From the NCBI GenBank assembly GCA_951406725.2, contig OX597814.1:161572001-161636000 (forward strand): 64,000 nt of DNA, in the 5' to 3' direction. A program made the translations under genes and the position numbers. Source of the stretch: Octopus vulgaris. Lineage: Eukaryota. The notes beneath the pieces were generated by a model. It did not search any database, was not told the DNA's origin, and worked only from the letters and a program-made list of their open reading frames with translations. This document shows positions 37,625 through 49,399 of the stretch, piece by piece (position 1 is the first letter of the stretch; each line of letters starts with the position of its first letter).

Positions 37625-38694
37625 TTAACAAGTAAAGATTTTTAATCTTTTATTATTTATAACTGTAACAACCTATTGGTTATATTCCCACGTTGAGAGA
37701 ATTAATGAAGCATCATTAATTATTATACCATAACATGTTTTTTATACAGCATTAACTGGATGACATGGCTTGCTATGAAGGTGTACACACAGATACTCAT
37801 ACATGCGCTCTCTCTCTCTCTTTCATATACATACACACATGTGCATGCATGTGCATGCATGCACACACACACACACACACAAACACAAACACACACACAC
37901 AAAGTAGGAATTATCTATGAAGTTCTTAACCACTGCCCTTGTTACATAATTTACATGCTGAATGTTATTTAATTTCTTTCTACAAATAGAATGCAGTTTT
38001 TCTTTTCTGTGTACATAAGGTCTTTGCAAGGTTATTATAAACAATGACTATTTCATTGTTTTCACTTTCTTTTACATCATATTCAATGCAACACATTTAA
38101 TACCCAGCTAACCTTATAATTTCCATACTTCCAAACAAATTCTTCAGAGAACTCTACCAATAATTACTGTGATGTGATCTATCAACAAAAATTTTCACTT
38201 CTGATCTCAATGGATTTAATGAACAGAACTTAAATGCATAGCTACTTTACATTACAACTTTTCAACAAATTTATTATTAATGCTGACATCACTTTTACAC
38301 ATAAAATTTATGTCATTGCAAGTTGCACAGGCCATTACTTACTTTAAGATAATGCATTGCTTAGCACACTATATCACAAAAAGTGTATGAAGAATCAGAA
38401 AATTAAATTATGACGACAGTAAAACAGTTTCAGTATAAGGTTCTAAGTTACTGAAAAGTTAGCATTAATATTGTTAACATTAATAGTAACAGGCAAAACA
38501 AATGTAACAGCTTTTTATAAGTATCAAAGAACTGAGACTAAATTTTACATAACTTACAATACCTTTCAAATATCTTTACAAAGTATAATTCTACATAAAA
38601 TGGTCATTGTATTTGAAAACTAAAATAGTCTGTGAAATTCATTTATATTTATCATTAAAAGTTAGCAGCAATTTCAATACAAATAACAACTTAC

Positions 38695-38796
38695 AAGAAG
38701 CACTTTAACACAGGAGACAGCTGTGGGGTCTCTACTGCTAGCAGCCCAATGGAGGGGAGTTTTACCTTCACTGTCTGGAATGCTGATATTGGATCC
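38695..38796 (-). CDS. INVS: Inversin-like ankyrin-repeat protein, internal coding exon (34 aa: GSNISIPDSEGKTPLHWAASSRDPTAVSCVKVLL)
   Basis: Acceptor ttttttttatatcaattttcAG and donor GTAAGT; 102 nt, phase 0/0. Matches the recalled vertebrate inversin segment DSNIGIPDVEGKIPLHWAANHKDPSAVHTVRCIL. Confidence 0.92.
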
Positions 38797-39779
38797 CTGA
38801 AAATTGATATAAAAAAAAATTACTATGAACTGCAAAACAAATTTAGAAAGTTATTCTAGTTGAATAATACAATAATTCAATTAATTAATTTTTAGCAACA
38901 GAAGCAGCATTAATGCCAAAAAGTAATCTTTATATCCAACTTAAAATGGATGCCTTGTTAGAACACTAAGTATTGTCTTATTATCCTTGAGAGATCCTCT
39001 CATATAGATATTTGGAGCATAAAAGCACACACATAAATCATAGCAGATGGATTTCGTCTGTCATGGGTGCTGGAATTCCCATATCATGTGATTTCGGTCT
39101 ACACCCTGAAATCCAGGAAAATAAAGCTTTATAATGGTTTTCTTTAAGGAAGCTTTAAAGCACGTTGGTATATAAGTATTTTGTAACAAGAATTTTCTGA
39201 TAAGCTTTTCAGGCTTGTTGAGTTTTCATTGAAATGACAATTTTAGGGTTCCTTGATAAAAAAAATGTGATTGTAACTGCAACAGATTTTCAGCACAGTT
39301 TACCTTGCAAGAAACTAATATATTTCTCAGTTAATCAGAATTGCTTAACAGATGTCTGGGATTAAAAAGCACCTTCCAAAAAGTAACGTATTTGCTTTTT
39401 TATTCTAGAAAATTTGAGGCCAATGTTTTATGAGCAAAGAAGAGTATTTAGCTGAGTCTATATTGATATATCCATACTGGTATGTAATACTTTTGATAAA
39501 AAAGAAAACTAAACCCCTTTCTTGCAGCATTTCAAATTACAAATATAAGGCATCAAAACAAGATGGTATTACACATTTATCCATTTGTGCTTGGAGTTCT
39601 GTGATGCAACTGATTCACCCATTTACAATACTACCTTCAGGAAACCTGCCAGCAACCTGATCACCTACCAATCAGATGAATATAAGAGACAAATATCATC
39701 AGGGTAAGAACTAGATAAACTCAGAGACACAAGATAATCTGGAAAAGGAAGGTATGGAAATTGAAAGATTCTTCAGCTA

Positions 39780-41372
39780 GGTGCAGGTTCAAACAATTAC
39801 AATACACTATAGAAATTGAGAGACAAATTTGAAAAGATTGCAAGAAAAGGAGCAACCAGGAGCAAAATCAAGTACGTAGAAGAGAAGTTAGATGTATACC
39901 TGTAAACCAGTATAAAGCAAGACATCAATGGGGAAAAGTGTATATGGAATAATTGTGGCTCACATGTCATCACTAAAACCACAGAAAGAATTATAGAATA
40001 TATGATTAGGAAGAGAATTAATTTTGATGAGATGCACATAAATTAGTTTAGATAACTTCAAGTTTGTGCCAGGATAGGACACCCTTAATGTTCTCTTCCT
40101 TGTGAGACAACTCTATCTAGTATTTGTTAACTTAGAGAAGACCTTTGATAAAGCACAATGTACCATGCTTACCATGCTCTTTAGTCTGGTGGTCAGTAAG
40201 AAAAAATAAGTGTAGAGGAATGACTTCTGAGAACCAGGCAAGACATGTACAAAGGTATTGGACAAGGTGAGACTCAGCAAAAAATTCAGTGAGGAATTTA
40301 GTGTACAGATAGGTATCTATTATGGCTCAGTTCTCAGCCACCACAGTTTACTACAATTCTCAGTAACAAAGGAAGTCCTGAATGCCAGTAACCAAGTTCT
40401 CATATCTGCATCTGAGGAACACTTAAAGAATTTTCAAACACAGAAACAAAATCTAGAGCTGGGATGCTTCAAAGTAAACCAAGCAAAGGTAAAACCATTA
40501 GTTAGCTTTACTAACAGTAATGAGCAAACTTTACTGTCAACTGAAACATCTAAGAAGTGGTCATACTTGGTATGAAGAAAAGGTGAAAGTAGGAAATACA
40601 TGAGCTATACCAAATGTATAGTATGGGTACATGAGATGTGCTCTTGACCATAGGTAAACTGACAAAAAAGACTTTGTATGTAGCAGATGCACAATAGTAA
40701 TCAGTAGTAAGAGTGTCTGTAAATTAAATTGCTTCCAAAGCAAAGAAGGTACCTTAATAGATGTTAAAAGTTTCTGTTACTTTGGTGACCTAATCAGTAA
40801 TGGAGGCGTGTGTTCTAAAAGCAACAGTAACCAGAATAAGAATGGAATGGAAAAAAAATCAAGATTTTATCTCTGCTGGAAACAAAGGGTTTCTTTTTTT
40901 TTGAGTGAATGATAGATTGTATGACAGCTGCACACATAGTGTGATGTTGCATGACAGCAAAACATGGGCATTGAATGTGAAGGAAGTATAAAGGCTGCAA
41001 AGAAATTAGACATATATGCTCCACTTTATGTGTAATGTCAGCATACATGAATGATGGAAAACAAATAAGTTGAGAGAAAAACTGGGTATTTGAAGAATCA
41101 GCTGAAGTGTGCAGGAGAGAAAACTGTTTTAGTATGGACACGTAATACATATGAAGGATGAGAGTTAGGTAAATAAGCATCAGGTGATTCTATTGGAAAG
41201 CTGCTGCAGAAGAAGAAGACTGAGGAAGACACCAGAAATAGAGAAGGCTGATCTCAAGAGATGTGCAAACGAGATGATGAAGAAATGCAACAAATATTGA
41301 GATATTTCACTGGCAAAAATGTGCCTAATCCATGCAAGAGCTAGAAAATGGAAAAGATGATGATAATGATGA
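39780..41372 (+). mobile_element. Old, highly decayed RTE LINE
   Basis: F.F.PG..T, FVNLEKTFD, EEFSVQIGIYYGSVLS and FCYFGD remnants; (GAT)n end. Confidence 0.75.
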
Positions 41373-41459
41373 AAAATGTGGTGGACATTTAAGGTGATGA
41401 TGAAACTATAAATACTGAAGAGGTAAAGATATAAACTATGATATAATGTGGACTATCCT

Positions 41460-41800
41460 CTAAAGCAAGATGCCTATACATGTCTCTCCATCATACTTTA
41501 GCCTCTCACCACCTGGTATGAAGCTACCTCTCCCTCCCTAATCCTCCCATCACTCTCCCTCATGGAAATTGTTTTTCTTTTTCTGACTTACAATTTACTT
41601 AGCAACTTCACTACAGCTGGTGGCATGAACAAAAGCACTCAGTACATACTCTAAGGTGGCTGGTTTTAGGAAGGCCATCCAGTTGTAGTAGACATGCCAA
41701 AGCTGACACTGGAACTCAGTGAAACTCTACAGCTCACTGGATGCTGTCAAACCATCGAATCCATGCCAGTATTGAAAACAGATATTAAATGATCATAATT
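41460..41800 (+). mobile_element. RTE 3' UTR/tail
   Basis: ggtggctggttttaggaaggccatccagttgtag..atccatgccagtattgaaaac. Confidence 0.7.
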
Positions 41801-41817
41801 ATATATATATATATTAT

Positions 41818-42225
41818 TTCTTTCAGTCATTTGACAATGGCCATGCTGGAGCACCACCTTTAATCAAACAAATTGACCACAGGACTTAGTCTTTGTAAGC
41901 CTAGTACTTATTCTATTGGTCTCTTTTGCCAAACTGCTAAGTTACGGGGGGCATGCACACACCAACATTGGTTGTCAAGAAGCGATGATTGGGGAACAAA
42001 CACAGATACATAAACACACCCACATATATATACGACAGGTTTCTTTCAGTTTCTGTCCACCAAATCCACTCACAAGGCTTTGGTCAGCCTGAGGTTATAG
42101 TAATTGCAACAGGTTTTCAGATGCCTGGGATTAAAAAGCACCTTCCAAAAAGTAACATATTTTCTGAACCCAGACCCATGTGGTTGGTAAGTAAGCTACT
42201 TACCATACAGCCACTCTTGTGCCTA
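41818..42225 (-). mobile_element. SINE-A full copy containing a 64-bp foreign insert
   Basis: Collinear with 45071-45462 except for 42100-42163. Confidence 0.88.
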
Positions 42226-42233
42226 TATATATA

Positions 42234-43069
42234 CTAGCTGACATACCCAGTAATTCCTGGGAAAGCAGAGCTTATCTCTTGGTTCCATTCTCATAATTGT
42301 TTCGCTAAGCCAATAACAACAATACAAAGTATGTAGCCCTTAAAACGGTTTTTGTGTATTTACAGAGAACACCGAACAGTCTTACACAGGATCTTGTTTT
42401 TAGGAATTCCCAATAAGTTATGAATACCCAAATTGTGAAGTTAGTTATGTAATAACATGAAATTAGTTACCTGATAGTAAGAATTCAAATAAAGTAGCCC
42501 CAGAAAGGGCTTTAATGCATTCCCAGAGTATATAGAACATAGGAGGAAATATTAATAAGGTATGTATACTAAAACTGTGAAGCATGTTACATAACAGGCT
42601 AATCAGATATGAGATAATAACAATTCAAAGTAAATAACTTTGAAAAGGGCTTTTGTGCATTCCCAGAGAATATTACCCTCAGGGGTGCTAGTGTTGGTAT
42701 ATTCGTGACTAAGTCACCAATTGAAATAAGTGGATCTATTGTTTAGGAAAATACTATTTACTTGTTTAAGGGTTGTACTGGATAAATTGCGAAAATAACT
42801 CAAGCAGTTCAAATACTAAGAAATAAGCATACTCAATTTGATTTATACCAAATAATTTAGGAAAATGAATGGATTATTTCCCTTGGTGATATATAAGGAT
42901 CCCTTCCAGGGGCCATATTATCGATTTTTTTTTTCAACAATCTGAGTATGTCATGAAGTTTCCAGACATGAGTTCTATTCACATATCAAGTTTCATCAAA
43001 ATCGATAAAACGATATAGGAGGAGTTAGCTAACAACTCCACAAACAGAATTTCCTACATATGTAGTAGA
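42234..43069 (-). mobile_element. Non-autonomous Helitron
   Basis: Minus strand begins A|TC (43069) and ends CTAG|T (42234); hairpin CCCAG-GAATTA-CTGGG (42246-42261) 8 nt before CTAG; no TSD; contains aagtttcatcaaaatcg, typical of such elements. Confidence 0.85.
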
Positions 43070-43561
43070 TATATATGACAAGAAATAAATTTTCATTTCT
43101 TTTTATGGAAACAATATATATATATGACTGTAAAATAGAAGTACTCAAGTGAAATTGAGACAAAGAAATCATTGATTGGAGAGCAAACATCAAATTCAGG
43201 CCAACAACTTCATTTAACCCCATGCTTCTATACATTTCATCCTTTCCAAATAATACTATGACCTTCAACATAAAAGAAATACATATATAAGCACAGAAGG
43301 TAAATATATATATATATATATGCACATATAAAAATACAAAATATATAGAAAGTCCTGTCAAAGAAAGTATATACAGATTGACTAAAATAGGTAATCAAAA
43401 TTACTAAACCATATCAATCAACTAAAAGATTTTTTAACCCTCGATTAAAATATATATTAAAATAGTTTCTTTTTAAAAAGAAGCAATCAAAAAATTTACA
43501 AAAAAGCAAACTTCTTCCACAAGTGAACACTTATGGGCTTGAAAAAGTTCACATAAATTCT

Positions 43562-43786
43562 TTAACCCACCAGAATTTAAACCAGTCATATCCAGCCCAA
43601 ATATTTCACCTGTTTTGTGTCCAAACTGGTTAGATCCAGCCTCTCACACTTATCATACAATGTCATTCTAAAAATAAACAATCACATCGTTGAAATCTCA
43701 AAACCACGAGATAATATATGATGAATTCAAAACAATATGGACAAATAAGCATTATGTCTGGCAGAGAAATCTGAATGCTAAAGGTT
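43562..43786. mobile_element. piggyBac-type MITE family P1, diverged
   Basis: Collinear with 2233-2461 (tctagcctctcaca..cattctaaaaataa..atctgaatgctaaagg). Confidence 0.75.
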
Positions 43787-44310
43787 GAGGATGCACTGTT
43801 CTTCACTGTTGTTCTAGCTTAATATTTGTCTATCAATAATTAATTGTACTATATTTTATAGTTTTTTATAGAAACTTCTTAACACTCAAAATGCTACAGT
43901 CACTATGAGGATTTTAATGCATTCATTAGAACAAATGAAACTCATGGATATTCCATGGGGTTTGCTAGTGAAAACTATGAACTGGAGCTGTTTGAAATTG
44001 TGATGGTAGAGATGACAGTGAATGACAGGTAAGATAGAAAAAAAGGGGGTGGGGATGGAAAGATAGGAGAGGAAGTTGTGAAAGTATTACTTGAGGGAGT
44101 AACAGTGAAAGATAACAGAAAAAGAAACAAAAGGGAAACACTGATGAATTGATAGACATACAATCATACACATACACATATGTGCACACACATATACACA
44201 AATACATACTTATGTATACATATATACAAATACTGAGACCTGCAATAATGTATGATATTGGTAGAGTACTAGTCAATAGATGTGGTGGTGGTGGTGGTAT
44301 TAATAGTAAG

Positions 44311-44544
44311 TAAGGCAGCAAGCTGGCAGAAATGTTAGCATGCCGGGTGAAGTGCTTTGTGGTATTTCATCTGCCGTTATGTTCTGAGTTCAAATTCCGC
44401 CGTGGTCGACTTTGCCTTTCATCCTTTCGGGGTTGATAAATTAAGTACCAGTTACGCACTGGAGTTGATATAATCGACTTAATCTGTTTGTCTGTACTTG
44501 TTTGTCCCCTCTGTGTGTAGTCCCTTGTGGGCAGTAAAGAAATA
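44311..44544 (+). mobile_element. SINE-B (tRNA-like head, Deu/Nin-like core) with 15-bp TSD
   Basis: A-box-like agctggcagaa; B box gagttcaaattcc; core ctttgcctttcatcctttcggggttgataaattaagtacc; TSD GGTATTAATAGTAAG at 44296-44310 and 44545-44559. Confidence 0.92.
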
Positions 44545-45070
44545 GGTATTAATAGTAAGGAGTTGAGAGCAAAGAACTTATTTTTGTGGACTGAAAGTAA
44601 AAAACAAAAATTGTACAATTTAACACATGCATCATAGTGCAAGTAATTATTGCTGTGCAATGTTGTTGCCACCACCTCATCAACTAAGACTACCAACAGC
44701 AAACAAAAGCTATCACAAATAACATATAAATATCATCCTCACCACTATCACCACCCACCTTTTACCATTTGTCTCTTTCTTTTTTTCTCTGTTATGTGGA
44801 TGCTAGCCTCTTCTCTCTCTCTTACTCCATCCTCCTCCTCTCTCTCTATTTGAATGTCATCCCTTAGCATGACACAAAAAGTAGGTAGATAGGAACACAC
44901 TATTTTAGTAATATATAAATAGCAGTGGAGCAGTTGTTGCTGCTTATCCATGAGTATACCTTCATTAAAAAGACTTTTGATTAATTAGCTTAAAAACCAC
45001 CCTATTGGGTGGCTTTTAAGGGTTCTTCATTGGACCTTGGGCCCAATAGTGATGCTTCATGTATTGAATA

Positions 45071-45462
45071 CTCTTTTACTTGTTTCAGTCATTGACTGTG
45101 GCCATGCTGGAGCACCGCCTTTAATCAAGCAAATCGACCCCAGGACTTTGTAAGCCTAGTACTTATTCTATCAGTCTTTCTTGCCGAACTGCTAAGTTAC
45201 AGGGACGTAAACACACCAGCATCGGTTGTCAAGCGATGTTGGTGGACAAACATAGACACACAAACATATACACATACATATATATATATACATACATATA
45301 TACAACAGACTTCTTTCAGTTTCTGTCTACCAAATCCACCCACAAGGCTTTGGTTGGCCCAAGGCTATAGTAGAAGACACTTGCCCAAGGTGTCATGCAG
45401 TGGGACTGAACTCGGAACCATGTGGTTGGTAAGCAAGCTACTTACCACACATCCACTCCTAC
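45071..45462 (-). mobile_element. SINE-A full-length, well conserved
   Basis: tRNA-like head, CORE-like gacaccttgggcaagt, internal (TA/TG)n, and 3' tail ggcggtgctccagcatggccacagtcaatgactgaaac. Confidence 0.92.
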
Positions 45463-46019
45463 ACATTAAATTTTATTAAACTTAACCAATATTTTTGAAG
45501 CAATGAACAATTTTCATCAAAATGATGATATAATTTGTCGACTTGGAACATATTGCAAAGCAGCATGATAAACAACATCTTTTGTCTTCCCATTCGGGGG
45601 TCAGCACAATTTTTTCCGATCTAACCTCTTTCTTTCTCTCTCTTTCTTTGATAGATAGAGTAGAAGATATAGATGTTTAATTTTGGGGAAACTTTATTTC
45701 AGTTAAAGTGTATTTTATATATATGTGTGTGTGTGTGTGTGTCTATGTCTATTATATATGTATGTATAGTGTTAGAAGTGGTGTACAGATATTGAATATT
45801 GAGAAAAGAGGAGGTCGCCAGAATTTTGGAAAAAGAATGTTTTTACTTAGTCATTATTATTAGTGCTTTCGATCCTCTTTGGACTTGTCAAATAAAATTG
45901 TGAATGTGCAAACAGATTGTTCATTTATATAAATCAGGTGTTTTTCTTTTGTTTTGTTTAGAAAAGGAGGATATTGTTTTTGTGTTTGCTCTTTGGGGTG
46001 AGGTTCCAAGACAATAGAA

Positions 46020-46078
<59 letters not shown>
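46020..46078. repeat. (GATA)n microsatellite
   Basis: Direct observation; a similar run lies at 11493-11528. Confidence 0.95.
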
Positions 46079-46079
<1 letters not shown>

Positions 46080-46594
46080 AGAGGTAGAGAGAGGGAGAGG
46101 AAGGAATTTCTTTTCAATTCAGACTATTTTTACCATTTATTTACTTATTTAATTTTTTACCACTGTATAGCTACTGGCATGTGACATGAATTCAATGAAG
46201 GTGACTTCTTTTAGGATGGGGAAAATAATGAAAAAAGGATGGGGTGCAGCCATCACTAAAAGCATATTTTTTTCCTCAAGGAAGATAAGAAGTTCTATGA
46301 AAAATTAAATACATATATATGTATATATATTATAATATAATATTAAAATTAAGGGTATCTAAGAGATACCACCATGCTAGAAATAGCAGCCAAAACTTGA
46401 CTCTAAAACCACATTAAATATTCATAGAGCACCAGGAGAAAAGACAAAGAGACAAAATAAACTAGCAAAAAAAATTGACTGGATAATTCCAGATCCCAGA
46501 TTTCTGGCTCAGCATTAGAAATGCTTTGCCTTCATCAGTGCAATATATGCAGATAGCGATCTTATCCTTATTTATACATGTATATATATAGATA

Positions 46595-46647
<53 letters not shown>

Positions 46648-47026
46648 CTGTGAGTTCATGTGTTTGAAAATATGTCTGTGTCTACACTGTACTTTCAATG
46701 TTTTGCATTGAAAAATAAAGTCAGGTTTCTTTAATTTCATGTTTTTGCATGAAAAAACATTAGTATAATATTTACAAATTAGAAAAATAAAACCCACTGT
46801 TATAGAGATGAGTATCATGTTATAAATATTGAAGCAGAAACAACAGTAATAGTGTACTTTTTTTCTCTTTCCTTAAGGTGTCAGAAAGTTTTATATTAAA
46901 AAATAATAAAGTCAGGTTTCTTTCAATTTAATGTTTTGTATGAACAAACAATATTTAAAAATTAGAAAAATACGCAAAGTTAGAATATCCCAATGTTATA
47001 TATATATACATATATACCTGACTATT

Positions 47027-47058
<32 letters not shown>

Positions 47059-48475
47059 CATGTGTGTGTGTGCATGTGTGTGTGTGTGTGTGTGTGTGTA
47101 TTTATGTATATATGTATCAAAGAAAGCAAAACAAAAAACAAAAATGATAGTGCTCAGTATGCTGGTTCAGTATGTTGGTTCAAGATTTTCTGTCAAAGAG
47201 ACATGGTTAAACAAAGTTGTTCATCATTTCTATCTTTCTCTCTCTCTTATTATTACTACCATTGCCACCATCAACTCTACTACTTTTAATAAAACATCAT
47301 CAACTCTCCCTAAATTCCTTTGTCTCTCTTTCTCTCTCTCTCTCTCTGTCGTCACCATAGCCCTCACCATCTCTACTAATACTCTCATCCCAGCATGTGG
47401 AATAGTAGAAGTGCCATTGAATAGTGAGAGAGGAGGTCAAAGTGTGACACACTGACAGTTTTTGCATTTATTATATTAGAAGACATTCCAGCTGTGATCA
47501 ACTTTTTATTGAGACATAGTATATCTTGTACTACATTATACTTTTGTTTACAGATGGTATGGTTTGATTTGAGAGAAATTTTTAAAGTTATTTCTAGTGG
47601 GCTGAACAACCACATAGGGGATGCCTCATTGGCTTAAACTAGATGAACCAGTTTGAAATATTGACCAACAGATAGATAGCTGGCAGACAAATACATATAT
47701 GTAGTTGATGAAATATACTTTGAGCGATTACTATTTTGATTCTTTAGAAATTGGTATCAATGAAGTCAAATTTAATTAATTTTGCTGTAGAGAAGATTAC
47801 CGAGAATGATATCCTTCAGTGGACATTAACTTTATGAATATAAAAGTATCAGCAATTTAATATCAACAATTGTAATATTTAGAGACGAAATAGCATTCAG
47901 AAATTAAATTTCTTCTTGTCTCTACATGAGGTGTATATCTTTACACTGTATTGTTATACATTTAATTGAAATAGATCAGTTAATTTCCTTTTCCAAATGA
48001 CATCTTATATGAGAAATATTTAACTGCTCCACAAAAGCAACAAAACATATATTATACACTAAAGTATTGATATAGCCTGGACTAATGAACACACTAAAGC
48101 ATATATTTTATTGCAAGTTTGGTAAAAATCAAGAATCTAAGGAAACTGGTGATAGTATGTAATAACAGCAATTAATCCTTAGAAAAATTCCTAGAAGAAT
48201 TTCAGAAGTTTAACTGCTGCTAGAAATGAATAATCAAATGTTTTGCACTTTTGCCATTTGCCTTCTTCAGTGAACCAAAAGGTAAAGAACTCTAAAAAAT
48301 CAAATTCTTCACTCTTCACAGAAACTGAATTTATCAAATTCTTTTCAGAAGACTCCAATTCACTATAACTAATACAGTATGTTAGTTGTGTGATATCAAA
48401 ACCAAATGTCAATTGTGGATTATAAAACTTTATTTCTTCCAGAATCAAAAAAATAGATATAAGTTAAAAACTATA

Positions 48476-48810
48476 ATAAGAATACTGACAGCTATTCATT
48501 TAGACAAATACCAATTATATACAATGGTCAGTGGCAGCTCCTTTTCAAGACAGATCTGTTATATATTGTGATGCAACCAATGGCAGCCATTCATTAAAAA
48601 AGATAATATTTATATACTGTGAAATAGACAATGATAGCTGTCCATCTAGACATATACCAATTATGTATTGTGAAATATATAATGATTGGTAATTATTAAC
48701 ACAACTAACAATTATATACTGGGGGTCTATGACAGCTACTCATCAAACAAATATCAGTTATATATCTTGGTAAAAGACAGATATTCCTCTACAGGATACA
48801 AATAATATCT
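48476..48810. repeat. Diverged ~50-bp minisatellite (~7 units)
   Basis: Recurring 'atgacagcta.tcat.tagaca.atacca.ttatata.tgtg' units. Confidence 0.65.
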
Positions 48811-49399
48811 CCCTTTCTTCATGTGCCATACTTACAGGTATCAATGATAAGGTTTATTATTGTGGAAGAGATTCAGGGCTACTATGCATTATATAAGGGT
48901 GGGTGTGGTGAAGTGATGCTGGAAGGGAGATAAAGGTAGTGGTGATGAGATACCAGAGTGTATCCTCAAGATAACATGTCCAAAATGATTAACAGAAGAG
49001 GGTGTAGAGACAAGAATCAGGAAAGGTGAGTAAAAGCACAAGAGTGTGTGGGGGTGGGGTAAGGAAGAAAGAATAAATGATGCATAGAAATTGAGGTGGA
49101 GATGGTCAGATGTATATAGGGGATGAATGTAGTGAATGATGAATGAGAGTAGGCAGTCAATGGTAAAAATAAGGGATGGATGTAAATAGAAAGTGGCTTG
49201 GGGAAAGAAGGAGTGATGACTGGTAGTGCAGAAAAGGTGATGATATGTGTAATAATATGTCCTGTTTTCATTAATTAGAATTTCAAAATAATATAGTAAA
49301 CAGAAGAGTGATGGAGGTATGAGTGAGAAGGAGATGATGGGTGGCAGCAAATGTAGACTTGACTGGGAAGGATTTTGGATGAGGAGCTCTGTTGTGTAC

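Noticed and set aside
44311-44400. tRNA gene candidates at SINE heads (also 9245 and 61897)
   Set aside because: A/B boxes are present but they continue into SINE bodies and do not form a full cloverleaf.
48191-48448. 85-aa minus-strand ORF
   Set aside because: No recognisable motif, no ankyrin similarity and no convincing splice sites.
48476-48810. CRISPR-like repeat-spacer array (also 8105-8265)
   Set aside because: Units are degenerate tandem repeats without unique spacers; eukaryotic context and no cas genes.
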